Source: Balanoglossus misakiensis (Eukaryota; Animalia; Hemichordata). From it: a stretch of DNA of 64,000 nt. The notes under the pieces were generated by a model that was given only the letters and a program-made list of their open reading frames with translations, was not told the DNA's origin and ran no database searches. Shown here piece after piece: positions 37,176 to 49,523 of this stretch. Every line of letters begins with the position of its first letter. The first letter of the stretch is position 1. The stretch lies in NCBI GenBank assembly GCA_040954595.2, contig CM082578.2, positions 15,298,998 to 15,362,997 of the forward strand, given 5' to 3'. Position numbers and translations under genes: made by a program.

Positions 37176-38936
37176 ATTGCACTGTCCAAAAATGATGTCT
37201 CGTCTGGGTAATCTGTGCCGTCTGCTCTTGACTGAAGACCAATCTGCTTTCTATTTCGTCTGATTTCAGGGTTTTAATATTTCAGTCGAGTCGAAAATAA
37301 CGAAAACTAAGGAAATATCACTTTCCTGTCTTTACAACAAAATGCAATTATCATTCAGGTAACACAAATGCAATACATGTTCTGAAATAATATCAACGCA
37401 CATATAAAATATTCGGTGATACAAATATATACCTGAGTAAAATATGAGATATATAACTTTAAGAATATAGATAAGTTCCAATAACACCCACTGATTCGAT
37501 TTAACTTGGATTTTTTCACATTCAAATTTTGCTGCGTCATCCATGGTAAAAATACGAGGAAGCCACGGAAAGGAAAGATTTATAAACTTAAAATGTTCTT
37601 CTTGTGCAAACCCTAAAATAACTACTATCTTATTTAGATATTGTTTGGTGTGTCGTATAGATACTGGATGTAGTGATGATGATTTGTGGTGATTTCGCTA
37701 TATTGTGTCCGTTTTGCAAGCTAAATACGCAGAAGTGTACAAATCACTCAATTGAAGTCTTAAACATGATATGTCTCTTTTTCTTTACACTTAGCTATGA
37801 TATGTTCAATAAAATCATAACAAACAAGTAAATCTGTTAATATGAATTAAATTGCCAAAGAAATTTTACCACTGCAACACGCAAAGTTATCAACGCTGGA
37901 GCAACATGAGACGTGATCACATCGTCACTAACATCGAAGTAAACAGTAATATTTATTCAGTGCAATCAAAAGGATATCTATAAATAACAACGTGTCGTGT
38001 TGGGACATGAGGAAATACTCATCGCCATTTATAGCATATGAAGTAGATAATTTTAATCCGATATAAGAGCAAACTCTCATGCGACCCATTTCGTGAGGGA
38101 TTTGGTAAGTTGATGATAACGCCAAAAAAAAGAACGACAAGAATTGCACATCTGTCACGTTCTGAGAAGATATTTTTGAACAGTATCTTCGGCTTACTAC
38201 GATCTTCACTACTCCAAACACTCTTTTCGAAAGTCCAGCGCCCTCATGAAGCCATCGTGAATTTGAACTCAAAGTGAGGCCAATGGGGAAAGTTGACCAA
38301 TAACGAAACGTCATGACCGCCATAATTTTAAGCATACGAACACAACAAAAATATAAAAATACATGCAAAGTAACTTTAAAGTCTGTCGAGAAAATCTTCA
38401 GATATTAGTATGGTCTTTATATCGATCTCATTAATTATGTAAATTATTCTTAATTATATCAACGACGCCCACGGACGTCTAGTTTGCCGGCAATCATTCT
38501 ATCGTGATGATGAACAAACCATATTAAAATTTCAAGAATTTTGGATGAGAATCTTTTGCCTTACCACGAGAACAAATTTGTCAGACAGGCAGAGTATACA
38601 TGTACATGTATACAGAAAGGCACAGGCGCGAAAAACATGCATGACGTAAACCCGCTTTCGTTGGCTACACCCACCCTCGGGCCAAAAATACACCTATACA
38701 TGTATGTATGAAGCCTTTTTGGTCTACAATTGGCTAGATAACAAGCGAATGGTACAGGCTTTTGCAAATGCGCAGTCAACTGGCTTCTAACGTGGTATCA
38801 AAACCTGTCGCAGGCCTTGGATGAAGATCTGGTGCCAGTGACCAGTTGAAAGTTTATAGGACTGTGGACTCCATCGCTTCTCGGTAGTGGGTTCAAACCA
38901 CGTCAAGGCGGTAATCTTTTTGACACAACTGTCAGA

Positions 38937-39777
38937 ATGGCGGTGAGTGGTCGTTTACAGACATATGAACGTATTGAGAATTGTTTCACGGACTATTTTA
39001 AGAGTTCGGTCTGTGGAAGTGTTATCATGGCAATTGTCGGATTCGATTAAAGTGGACCGGTAAAATGGCACCATCATGGAAAACTCATTTTGCGATAAAT
39101 ATAGAACAAATGGTAAACTACAGGCGCCTGCTACATAATGTGCTTCGTATTTATTACTTCTCTTTATTTCTGAAGGGGGCGTCTCAGTGCAATTTGACCG
39201 CATAAGTGGAAAGGAACCAAATTGTATTCAACACATCAGACTGTTATGGAAATGCACCACAATTAAATTGGTCATAAATTTCGCGCACCCATAAGACCCC
39301 TTTCTGCTTGTGATGTCCCATTTTATAAAAAAAATTATGTGTTCTCAATTTTTTATGCAACAGGAAGGCGGACTATCGCCAGCTCCATCAAAGGCCGAAC
39401 GGACGCCGTTGATAATGGGAACTCAACCAGGGGCGCTGACGGCAGGAGGGCGTCGGAAAAAATTCAACCTCGGCAGTTACTCCAGCACAAAGACAAGTTC
39501 TAACGGACTCACAGACTTCGCTCTGTTAACCCGAAACTGCACGCTGATACAAAGCTTGGTTCTCGGTGTCAAGGCCACATTCGTGCCAGTTCTGATGTCT
39601 CTGGCGATACTCTCCATTATTCTGCAGATAAGCAGTGGGGTGATCATGTTTGTCATCTTGCGAATGGATTTTGAGGACGAAGAGCAACGAGAATCTGCCC
39701 TGGCTTGGAGCAAGAGAGCCGCGTTATTGACCTTTTTCATCTCGATCACCAACGTTATTATCGCTGCTTTTGAATGA
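38937..39777 (+). CDS. Ninjurin-like protein, copy 1 (divergent)
   Basis: Micro-exon ATG GCG|gtgagt at 38937-38942 joins in phase 0 to exon 39364-39777. NLGSYSSTKTSSNGLTDFALLTRN amphipathic motif followed by two TM helices (LSIILQISSGV; FFISITNVIIAAF). Confidence 0.85.
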
Positions 39778-40655
39778 GATTTGGGGTTCGATACTCTTTG
39801 GACATCATAGCAGTTCATTTTGGACATCGCTGTAATTCATGTTGAACGCAAATGTTTTAAATATGTAAATAATTGATACAATTCAAAACACACCTTCAGC
39901 CACAAATGTCCATATTTGATGAGATTATCCTCATTTTCATACAATTCTCCCTGTTATGTACAATTAAAAACAATTAAATATGCAAATTACCAGTTATTTA
40001 CATGCGATTGCAAATATGCCTCGGTTACATCATTTTTCTGCGAGACCAATATCTGAAGCACCCGTCAAACCATTAACTAGCTCATGCTTCACTCAAATTG
40101 CATGTGCCAACTTATACATGTGTAGTTCGTATGCAGTAGGCCACAGACACCCGCGACAAATAAAACGAATACAACTTTTTCGTTAAGAAATAACCCCTCT
40201 GAAATAGTGACATTGCAAAGAGGTTATATATGTGATTCAGTGTTTCAAGGACACAAAAAGTCATAAAAATATGTGTACCATCACATTTTTGCACTATTTT
40301 ATATTTACCATTTCTTCCTGTTAAAAATATTAAAAAATGAGTTATAAATATAGTAAACCCGCATAATTCGATTGACATCTTCTGGCGCCCTCTCTCTACT
40401 CTACAAGGTCAGAAAGCCAAGCATTTCAATTAGAAAGTCAATTATGGCTTAAATCTGTGTAATAATTTGTGAATGACATGCTCTTGAACACTTCTCAAAG
40501 TCAAAAGTTTGTGGAGATAATTATGATAAGCCCCTATATAGTGGGTCATTGATATGCCGAATGTGACGTCATGATATTATTTATGGTCGCGCATAAAATC
40601 ATATATCACATTTGCGTTGGCGGTGCAAATGCTATAAGCGGCAGTATTGTAAAAA

Positions 40656-41323
40656 ATGGAGACAGATCGCCAGGCTTCAGGAAAACATCGACTTGATGAA
40701 GTTACTGCTAAGGTAAGAATTTCGAAGTTGTAATGTTTTCCTGTTTTATTAAAGTGCCCTTAAAGCTGTTTTGGAAAAAAAACTGAGCTGTTACGCTTAG
40801 TAACGCCATGTGATGCTGCGATTTTCTGTCCCACATCGCACAGGAAACAGAACGATCCAAAGTCACTGATCCGAGCCAACCAATCCAGAAGCCAATAGAC
40901 TCCTCTGAGAGAAGAGTGGCTATGGACGCACCAAAACCCGCACCTGCAGGGGGCCGATTTAACATTCACAGTTACTCCTCGTCCAAGACTGCTTCGATGG
41001 GGATGACAAACGTGACACTCCTCTCCCGAAATTGCATCACGGTTCGAGAGCTGCTGACTTTGGGCGTTGAAGCCGACTTCTTCTACTGGCTGATGACGCT
41101 TCTGGTTTTGTCGTTGATTTTCCAGACCATCGTCGGCGGCATTCAATTCATGTCTCTCCGCAAAAACATGGAGGACGAAGACGAAAAGGAGCAAGAAAAC
41201 GACCTGGCAAATGCTAGTGCTATATTGACGTATGTAGTCATCATCCTGAATGTGGTGATCTCCGCGTTCGTGGGTGTTGGAATACATGTCAAAGCAAGTT
41301 CGCCTCAGAATACCACATCCTGA
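40656..41323 (+). CDS. Ninjurin-like protein, copy 2 (divergent)
   Basis: Exons 40656-40712 and 40844-41323 (phase 0). NIHSYSSSKTASMGMTNVTLLSRN, LSLIFQTIVGG, YVVIILNVVISAF. Confidence 0.85.
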
Positions 41324-41738
41324 TACGTCTATATGGGTTGTATGATGTTTGACATGTACAATTAGTAAAGAAGTGATGTGACAGTCTTAGGTTTCGCTGA
41401 GAACTAAACAGATCTCACCCTGTAAAATTCGCTTTTTGTCTATTTATGGTTTGAAAACACATTAGGGCCTAATCTGTCTGTCAATTGGATAGTCTACTGT
41501 ATGTGCTGAGTTGTATGAAATGATCGATGGACTTGTTGTAGAACATCTGAAGTGAGACAATTTTGACACTACCTTCGTAAATACTCATTGATTGGTCTGT
41601 TTACGATGTTTTCCTTGACGAATACTTCCTACTTCTATATTTTATGTATATTTTTTTTATTTACCACGCAGAGCAAGTTTAGCTATGAACACAAACAAAA
41701 TGTGAGTGCGCCACCATTAGTCGAAGTGGCTAACTGTT

Positions 41739-42284
41739 TCATTCACCAAGGTGATGAGCCTCCTCACAGGGCACAAAATCAATCGCAAATATACTGATAG
41801 CAACATTTAAAAATGTCAAAATCATGATTAGGAAAACGGACGAGTCGTTGTAGACGTTGGCCTTGTCTCTCTCTTCTTCGTTATCGATGTCAAGTCTTAT
41901 TTTACAAAATAAAAGAACCGCAACGACGAATTGGATGATGATGGAAAGACCAAGAAGGATCAGCAACAGATAAAGGACGATTCTGTTGGGGATATCGCTC
42001 ATCAGAACGAATCTTAAAACCACTATGTTTGACGCTAACAGAGAAACATCCAGGAGACTTTGGGAGACGGTTTTCTTCGTTGCGTAGAGGTTAACGCCGA
42101 CGACCTTTGGTTTTGCTGCGTCTGGACTTTCAGCCTCTTCCAGCTGTGACGTCAGTGCCTCCTGGACGTCCTGTTTCTCGATCACTGGCTCGATCGCGAC
42201 AGCTGATGTGGCCGGAGACTTCTTGCTTGTTTCACCGAGGAGGTGTGTCGACTCACGGTCTCCCTGTTGGGAAACAGCAGCCAT
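41739..42284 (-). CDS. Ninjurin-like protein, copy 3
   Basis: Single 181 aa ORF. VNLYATKKTVSQSLLDVSLLASN, LSIIIQFVVAVLLF, LIMILTFLNVAISIF; matches the NINJ1/2 pattern NHYASKKSAAESMLDIALLMAN. Confidence 0.92.
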   Translation of the reverse strand: MAAVSQQGDRESTHLLGETSKKSPATSAVAIEPVIEKQDVQEALTSQLEEAESPDAAKPKVVGVNLYATKKTVSQSLLDVSLLASNIVVLRFVLMSDIPNRIVLYLLLILLGLSIIIQFVVAVLLFCKIRLDIDNEEERDKANVYNDSSVFLIMILTFLNVAISIFAIDFVPCEEAHHLGE

Positions 42285-45143
42285 TTTGAGACAGTCTCAC
42301 TGATACAGCAGCCAGCAATTGAAATATTCCTGTGGCCATGAAGAATCCGCTGTTGTCATCGTCCGCAATGAGAGACACGGTTTGCAAACACCGTGAAAAC
42401 TCAAAGTTTTTACCATAAATTGCCGCATGCAGATATGTCATACTTTACAGCAGATCTTTTCGTTATTTTTGCTAATACATGTGCTATATGTATGGGACCA
42501 AATATAAGTAATACAGCATATATACGTGCATACTTGCGTGTACCAATTCTTATCAAACGATAGCACAGTGTCCTAAGCTTTAACACGGCATGCAGTGTGT
42601 TGTACTTGTGAACAAAGTATTGCAAGACTTACGTCTATGTTGTCCATGGTGAGTAACCACTCCACAATCAAGCTATGTTCATTCAGGTTAGATCAGAATG
42701 GCTGTCTGTGTCAGCCTTGAGGGTGCGGTCCCACTAGGGCCCTACGCAACTTAATTAACCTTTAAACGAAAATAATCTTCCAGAGAAAGATGATGGTATG
42801 AAACGTCGATTGAGAGAACCCTTGCTTTATTTACTTATTACAGCAGTGTCCCGCATAATTCACGGACTAAACTAACATGTTCCGTCATTTTGGATCAAAT
42901 TAAAACACACAAGTCAGTTGTATGGGTCACATAGGACGAATATGGATGTGGCTCGTCACACACCCAAAAAGTACGCACCCCAAAATATCACCGGTCTCTT
43001 TGAAATGTGATTCTATCTTTCATCGCTATCATATATAATAATGTTCATATTGCATGGAATTCTAACTGCCTGAGTATTGATATGTATAGATACCAGTAAA
43101 AGTATGTGTTTTTGTATAAATATCCAGTGATTACATTGTTTCAACATGTAATAATGAGGCACTGAGCTGCGTATTTGAATATTTAACAGTGTATGTGGAT
43201 GAAGGGCAGGTGTATTGGACAGTTGGTATAATTTGCATGCTGTGACTATGAACCCATGTCGGGTGACTGACTTACCGGGTCATACGAATCTGCATATTGC
43301 AAGTGATGAACCTGTTGTTTGTCGGCGAGTAAACCAATCAGCTTCGAGGCCGCGGTTGTGACAAGGTTGAACGCCCTGGATGATAAACTTGCTGACTGCA
43401 AAAGGAGACGTTATAAAAAGCTGATGAGCAAGACCTCGTGGTCACCATTTCGCAGTGTCGCCATTCTACATGAGCTCCAACTTGCCACCATTTGTACTAA
43501 GTAGTCTATCCAGTGTACATTGCTTGTTCGACCTGTTTCAAGTGATAAAATGTGATAATTACGCCGAGAAAAAAAATGGCATGCTAGAAAGAATATGTGC
43601 TAAAAGGGGAAGTTGGCAATTTGAAACGAACTCGCGATAGGTTATCAACAGAAAGCTTTTTACGATAAGCATAACACTCTGCAAAGGGGGTACCTGGAAG
43701 TGGAATGACGAACGTTCAAACCAAACCACCTTCGTATATGAACACTGAAATACGCCTACAATTCTCTTACCGGTTTGCGTTGCGCACTGTGCTGTGCCGG
43801 GGGTAGTCAATGCCATTTCGCTCAGACATGGTGTGAGCCTCTTACAGGTGTTAGATATGAAGACATGTCGTTCGAGGGCGCTCTCTAGGCCTACTCTCCC
43901 CGTGTCGGGAGCGCCCTCGAACTCCGGACCAAATGATCTGCACGTGGTGCGTGCATAACACATAGAGAAGAATTGTCACAACTGAATAATTGGTCAATTG
44001 GCCATTGTGAATTGAGAGATATCTGTCTTTGCCTACAAATCTACTTCCCTTTTTGGGGGTATTCACAGATGGTGACTGGCAACTTGGTTTTGTAGATATC
44101 GATCATACGTTTTTTCGTTGTGATAAATCGGGATTGTGGATAAAGCTAATACAACAGACGAGTCGTGTACTTCCCCATTTGACGAGTTTTGATGTGCAAC
44201 TCAAAAATTTAAGGACAATTTTGTGGGTGCCGTGTAAGCTGACAATTTGAGAAGCACAGCCAAGTTTATCAAATTTGATCACTTCCCAAACGCCAAGCCA
44301 GTCAAAGAAATCCGGAACGCCCCATGCCGCTTCGAAGAATTTGAAATGGGGAGAAGGAAATGGCACGCGTGCACAGGAAAAGACACGTTTCCAGTCCTCT
44401 GGAGAATATGGAACACAATGTATGTTGCCAAAAATAAAATGTTGGTCTTCTAACGTCTTTATGAATTCTGGGGAATTCATTCAGGTTGATATTTCAATTC
44501 AGAAATAAGATCCCCGGTTCTACTTTTGCGCCATTTCCGAGTACAGGATCCGGGGGTCTTTTCATACTACATTTACTCGTTCTAGTGAAACTGCAGGGTC
44601 CGACGGATATCTATTATATAGCATATACCGTCGAAAGGCTAGTAGGAGAGCACACCGGGTACTTTAAGAAACACATAAACTGGGTGTAGGCATTTTTATA
44701 CCCCAACTTGGGATATTTCCACGCACTTCATTGTTGAACACATCAGTAAAAGTCATTGCAAGAGTACAAAGGCTCGAGTCCATGGCACTGTTAGGAGTTC
44801 GACGTATAAAATATGTTTAATACAGGCAAATAGCTATCAAGTAACTTACATTACAACTGACAACAAATACTGGATTCAGTTACATTCACTTAAAAGACAT
44901 GTTCTCTATTATTGGCAGTGTCTATAGCATTAGTGAGCTCAGAGGCCTCCTTCGACAGCAAACTGGTGCCCTTAGAAACAGAAATTTTCAATGTTTGATT
45001 GAAAATTCATAATTTTATGCACCTTGAATCAATCACGAATTACTGTCCTCGCCCTATTGGCAAAAATATTGCGGAAGGCTGCTTTGCAGTATACTTCACA
45101 AACGATCGCAAATAGAACAGTTTCAACAAAACTGTCACTTTGT

Positions 45144-46158
45144 TCAGTTTTTCTCCCCGTCCACCCTGTCGATCGACAACGAAGTATAGTTGCTGAACGA
45201 GGCTATGATGACGTTTACGATGGTGATGACCATGACCATGACGGTAGCCAGGTTATTGCAGAGCTCGGCTTGCTGTTGGTGCTGCTCCTTGGTGATATTG
45301 AAACGTATCTTGAAAAACAGCAAAATCCCCACAGCGATCTGCAGCACAATGGACAGAGCCAACAGGATCACCAGGAAGTAGAAAAAGTTCGGTGGGTTGC
45401 CATCAATGTACTGTTGGCAGAGCAGTTTCATGTATGAAGTGTTTGCTGTGAGGAGGGCAATATCAAATAGTCCCTGTGTTATCGTTTTCTTGCTGGCATA
45501 TGTGTTGGCATTGAACATCTTTGTTGTTCTGGTCATAGACCACGAGCTCTCTTGGCGCGTAGTGGTTTTATCCACATGCGTGTTACGTTTCTCTTGGTCC
45601 TCCACCGGATCTAGATCTCGTTGCGCAGGTAAGACATCTCGTTCGTCATCGTGATCAGACGTGACCTCAAACGCTTCTTCTCTCTCCAGTTTCCCCCGAG
45701 ATCCGTCAACTTCATCAAAGTCGTCACTCTTGAAATTGAAATAAAACAACATCGTCAAATACCTGCCAAGTTTTCACACTGGCAGCGAAACAAAACTCCT
45801 CCAAGTCGCACGACCTGTGGTAATGTGGGACCCGCTGAAGATCATTATTGTAGGCGCAGTTTCGCGACAGAGAAAAGTCGCCTGGCCAATATTAAAGTAT
45901 AATCTGAAATTATTAAAAGATCTTGTAAAACTTTAAATAGGATGAACTGACGCAAACTGGTCCAGAATATGCAGATAATGATATTCAGACACAAATAGTC
46001 CAAGGTTGAGTAAAGCTAGATTCTCTTACCGGGCACATAGAATGCAATCTCGCAATGGGAACCTTGACAACGTTATGATTGTCGCAGTCACTGAAGTATT
46101 GGTTGAACGACTCGTCCACCGTGACTAGATGGCTGTCCTGTCCTTCGCCAAGCGTCAT
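45144..46158 (-). CDS. Ninjurin-like protein, copy 4 (most canonical)
   Basis: Exons 46158-46030 (MTLGEG...SMCP|gtaag) and 45728-45144 (phase 0). NANTYASKKTITQGLFDIALLTANTS, LSIVLQIAVGILL, LCNNLATVMVMVITIVNVIIASF. Confidence 0.93.
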
Positions 46159-47869
46159 ATTTCTACAAGAGAAAACGATTCAAATCCTTCATTTAAACAA
46201 CTGTGCTCAAGAACAAATTAGAAAGGTGTCACACCTCCCCCGCTACACTCTATGCACACTGCTGAATAATTACTCTATTTCCTTATTCCCTGACCCATTA
46301 CTCTATACTACATCGTCCGCCACAGGGGAGAGCAATCCAGTTTTCACGTCGGTCGTTGGTTGAAAGTTGGTTTGTATTCCGAATATGACTGAATCCATTG
46401 CTTTAATTCCCATAAGCTGCCCTCAGTGACGCCCAGTAGAGTGTTTTCGGGGCGCGTCACTAATTCATGAAGAGTCCATAAAATAAATCGGACTAGCTGA
46501 GAGAAATGAACGTAAAACAAGAAATGCACAAATTTACCTTGGTTTCTTTCCTTTCCTCTGTCAGCACCGTGAGTAACTGTATAAATGAACGTAAATGCAG
46601 CCCAACAAATGTGTTCGGTGTTGCCACGCGATGGTGCAAGTCTACTTCTCTTCGTCTTCAATAGAACGTTCTCTTTCACTGCACGTGTTTTTACAAAGGC
46701 CTGGTTTTAGTAGTTTCCCTGACCGACTTGGCTGGCTTTGGCCAGGAATTCCCATGTCTTATTAATACAAACCGCCCACTTCTGCATTTCCATATATGGT
46801 ACGTACCAAGGCTTTTATGAATTGGAAGCAATGTCACGTGTCCACCGTAGTCAGAACTGAATTTCCGGCAGGGTGCGTGCCAAACTTAAAGTATCACGAT
46901 TGCTTAAAGGTGACCTTGTGAACTTCTCTTCCGGTGTGCCATATAAGGAATTGGCCCACGCACGTCGCGTTGCATTGAGAAGATCGTTTTCGTGCTCATT
47001 TTTTCACATTTTGTCGCAGAGATTCGCAGATTCGAGCCTTGTGGCCGCACAAATCCTATATACGCAATAAGGCAGCTCCTCTAGTCAGTGTAACTAAAGG
47101 AAAGCTGGAAATATGACTTGTTTAGTAGTTTATCACTTGCTTGAACATTCAATGACGTCACACTTTGCATATTCCTTGGCGACTTTGAACTTTGACTCCA
47201 CAGAATTGGAAAACCCAAACGGAATTGATCTACGTGTATTTAACATTGCTGATATATCACATGACTGTGGTGTACTAAAAGGAGCATGCACTCACGAATA
47301 ACGGACCTTGGTTCAAAGAGGCAAAAATTGAAACTTCTCTTAGACTAGCTATTTATTAGAGTCGTGTTGCCTTCTTGTGGTGATTTTAATAGCATGACGT
47401 TTAGTCGACACGCCCCTCGAGTCTTTTTTCACAACGGAACTGAAGTATGCAAAATGCAAATTTCTGCCATACATATGAAAATACAAGCCGATGAAAAGTG
47501 GTACTCACCACCACAAGTATATCGAGCGGACGTTTATCTATCTATCCTCCAAAACATGATTGATGACGCTGTCGATTTGATAGCAGGTAGGATGATGTGC
47601 GCCACCAGAGTCAATTTACCCATCTGCCGTTGTTTTTTTAAACGCGAACGAAAGGTGGAGTTTCAAGAAATGAATTATGCGATCAGGCAGCCAGAAAGAG
47701 TGTTGGTAATCACTGAACAAGAGAACATCGTCAGGGGGTGCGTGTTCACTCAGCGTGTATGATTTGCTCGACCATTTCAACACGGGGGTGCTACAGTTGT
47801 CTATAGAGTGGCATCTGTCTTTACACAGGTAAACTGAATTCCGGCGGTCGCTGCTTTCGTTCAAGCAGA

Positions 47870-48699
47870 ATGCACTATATTCTAATCGCTGTATTTCTAG
47901 TTTTCGGGGGTACTCTGTGTTATGTTTTCGACACGGACCCTGATGTCCCCTTACGCGGAAGACCAGGCACGTGTTTGCTGTGTTCGGTGAAAAGAATTTC
48001 TGACACCGTCAAGAACATGGTGTGTACCCGTAACCTACAGTGCCCTGCAGATATTGCTGGGGATCTTCTCAAGATTTCCAATAGATTGCCGGACAAAACC
48101 ACTAGCATTTACCTGACTACATCTGGCTTTATAAATCAATCAGAGTCTTTTCTGGTTTTCAGCATCTCAAAACAAGTTCTGGATGAAAACCCTGATAAGG
48201 ATTTGGTATGTATGAACCGTTATTTTTTTCTAGCATAAACCTTCCTGTATAAGCTAAGGATGAGACAGGCCAAGATTGGCACAATTTGTACTGTGACATG
48301 ACTCGCGCGTTCATGCTATATTCAGGTTTTATTCTACATGTATAACATTTTTACAATTTTTAACAGGGGAAGATCAGTGACTTTGACTTGACAGATTGCA
48401 CCGAATGCAGTGCCGACGCTTTTGGGAGCGCTGGAGTAGCCTTGGTCAGCTGTTCTCACCTTTCCGCAAATGTAAGTGGTTATTCAGAACCTAGGTTAAA
48501 GTTTAAAAAAAATTACCGTACTCCCGACGAGCATAACTTTATCTCTCCTTCATTCCAGACTTGTCCGAAACAGCTATCCCAAGGAGTTCCCTTCCACACA
48601 CCGGGAAATGTGGTGGCCGATATTCTCCTGCAGTATTGCTACTACTTCAGAGAGGGTGACGTCAATAAGTTCCTGTGCAAAGATTACTACGCATATTAG
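47870..48699 (+). CDS. Hypothetical secreted cysteine-rich protein, 2 exons, ~222 aa
   Basis: Exons 47870-48205 (TTG|gtatgt) and 48367-48699 (taacag|GGG), phase 0. Signal-peptide-like start MHYILIAVFLVFGGTLC; 10 further Cys including two CxxC motifs. No family recognised. Confidence 0.7.
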
Positions 48700-49090
48700 C
48701 CCAGATAATAAACCAGAGTAAAAAAAAAAATTGTATACTCATGCAGATGTCGCGCACATCTAGATATTTCAAGCGAAACTATTCATATATGTATTATAGA
48801 CTACTACTGTTAAATTGTTTTATAATTAATCATGTGGGTTTTTCGTCTTAAATGACAAGCAATTAGCGTTATTTATGACTTCACTATAATTAGTCAAGAA
48901 CGTTAATGTAATTTACCAGTACATGTACTTAGTGTTGATTCATAGCCTTCATTATAAAATTCACTTTCTTTATTCGAGACATGTTGACCATTTTAATGCC
49001 ACAATTTGCAAAATACACTGTACCCGGTTGATCATTACATGTTCATGGATGTTGCGAGAAGTAGTCCTAGATGATTTTAAGCGTAGAAGC

Positions 49091-49201
49091 GCGGCCTAGT
49101 GGTTTAGTCTGACATCATGTAACTTTTCCCACACTCGTTGATGTCGTGTGTGTGTGTGTTCGAGACCATTGATGGCCTCGGTGGAAAGTGAAAACTTTTT
49201 T
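49091..49201 (+). other. tRNA-derived (SINE-head or pseudo-tRNA) Pol III-like unit
   Basis: A-box-like gcggcctagtgg (49091-49102), B-box gttcgagacc (49158-49167), T6 at 49196-49201. No clean cloverleaf. Confidence 0.35.
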
Positions 49202-49523
49202 AAAGGACAGAAAAACCTTTCAGTCTTCAGTGAGAAAGTTTATCATGCACCAAGTCTATAATACTACATGTGGTAGGCACTAGTATCATCCATGTACACG
49301 CGTAGATACTAGTAGTACATCTCTCAATCAATTAGTTGTGCGCCATCTTGAGGTTAAAGCCGAGAATGGCGAGGGATGACGTCATCGCCTACCAGGAAGT
49401 GAACTTTGCCAAACGTACGAACCAAACATGCAGCAGTGATTTTTAAGTCGAAAGGTGATCATAAACACGTGATTTCAGTCGGTAATGTGCCAGATATGAA
49501 GTGTCTTATAGAAGGAGAGAAAC

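Noticed and set aside
43300-44700. Long semi-open frames on both strands (e.g. 44029-44508 + and 43851-44480 -, each broken by one stop)
   Set aside because: Could be a decayed gene or TE, but I could not assign a family or a strand; tblastx is needed.
47364-47864. 132 aa (+) and 82 aa (-) ORFs upstream of the secreted gene
   Set aside because: Non-ATG starts and no motifs; more likely promoter or UTR sequence.
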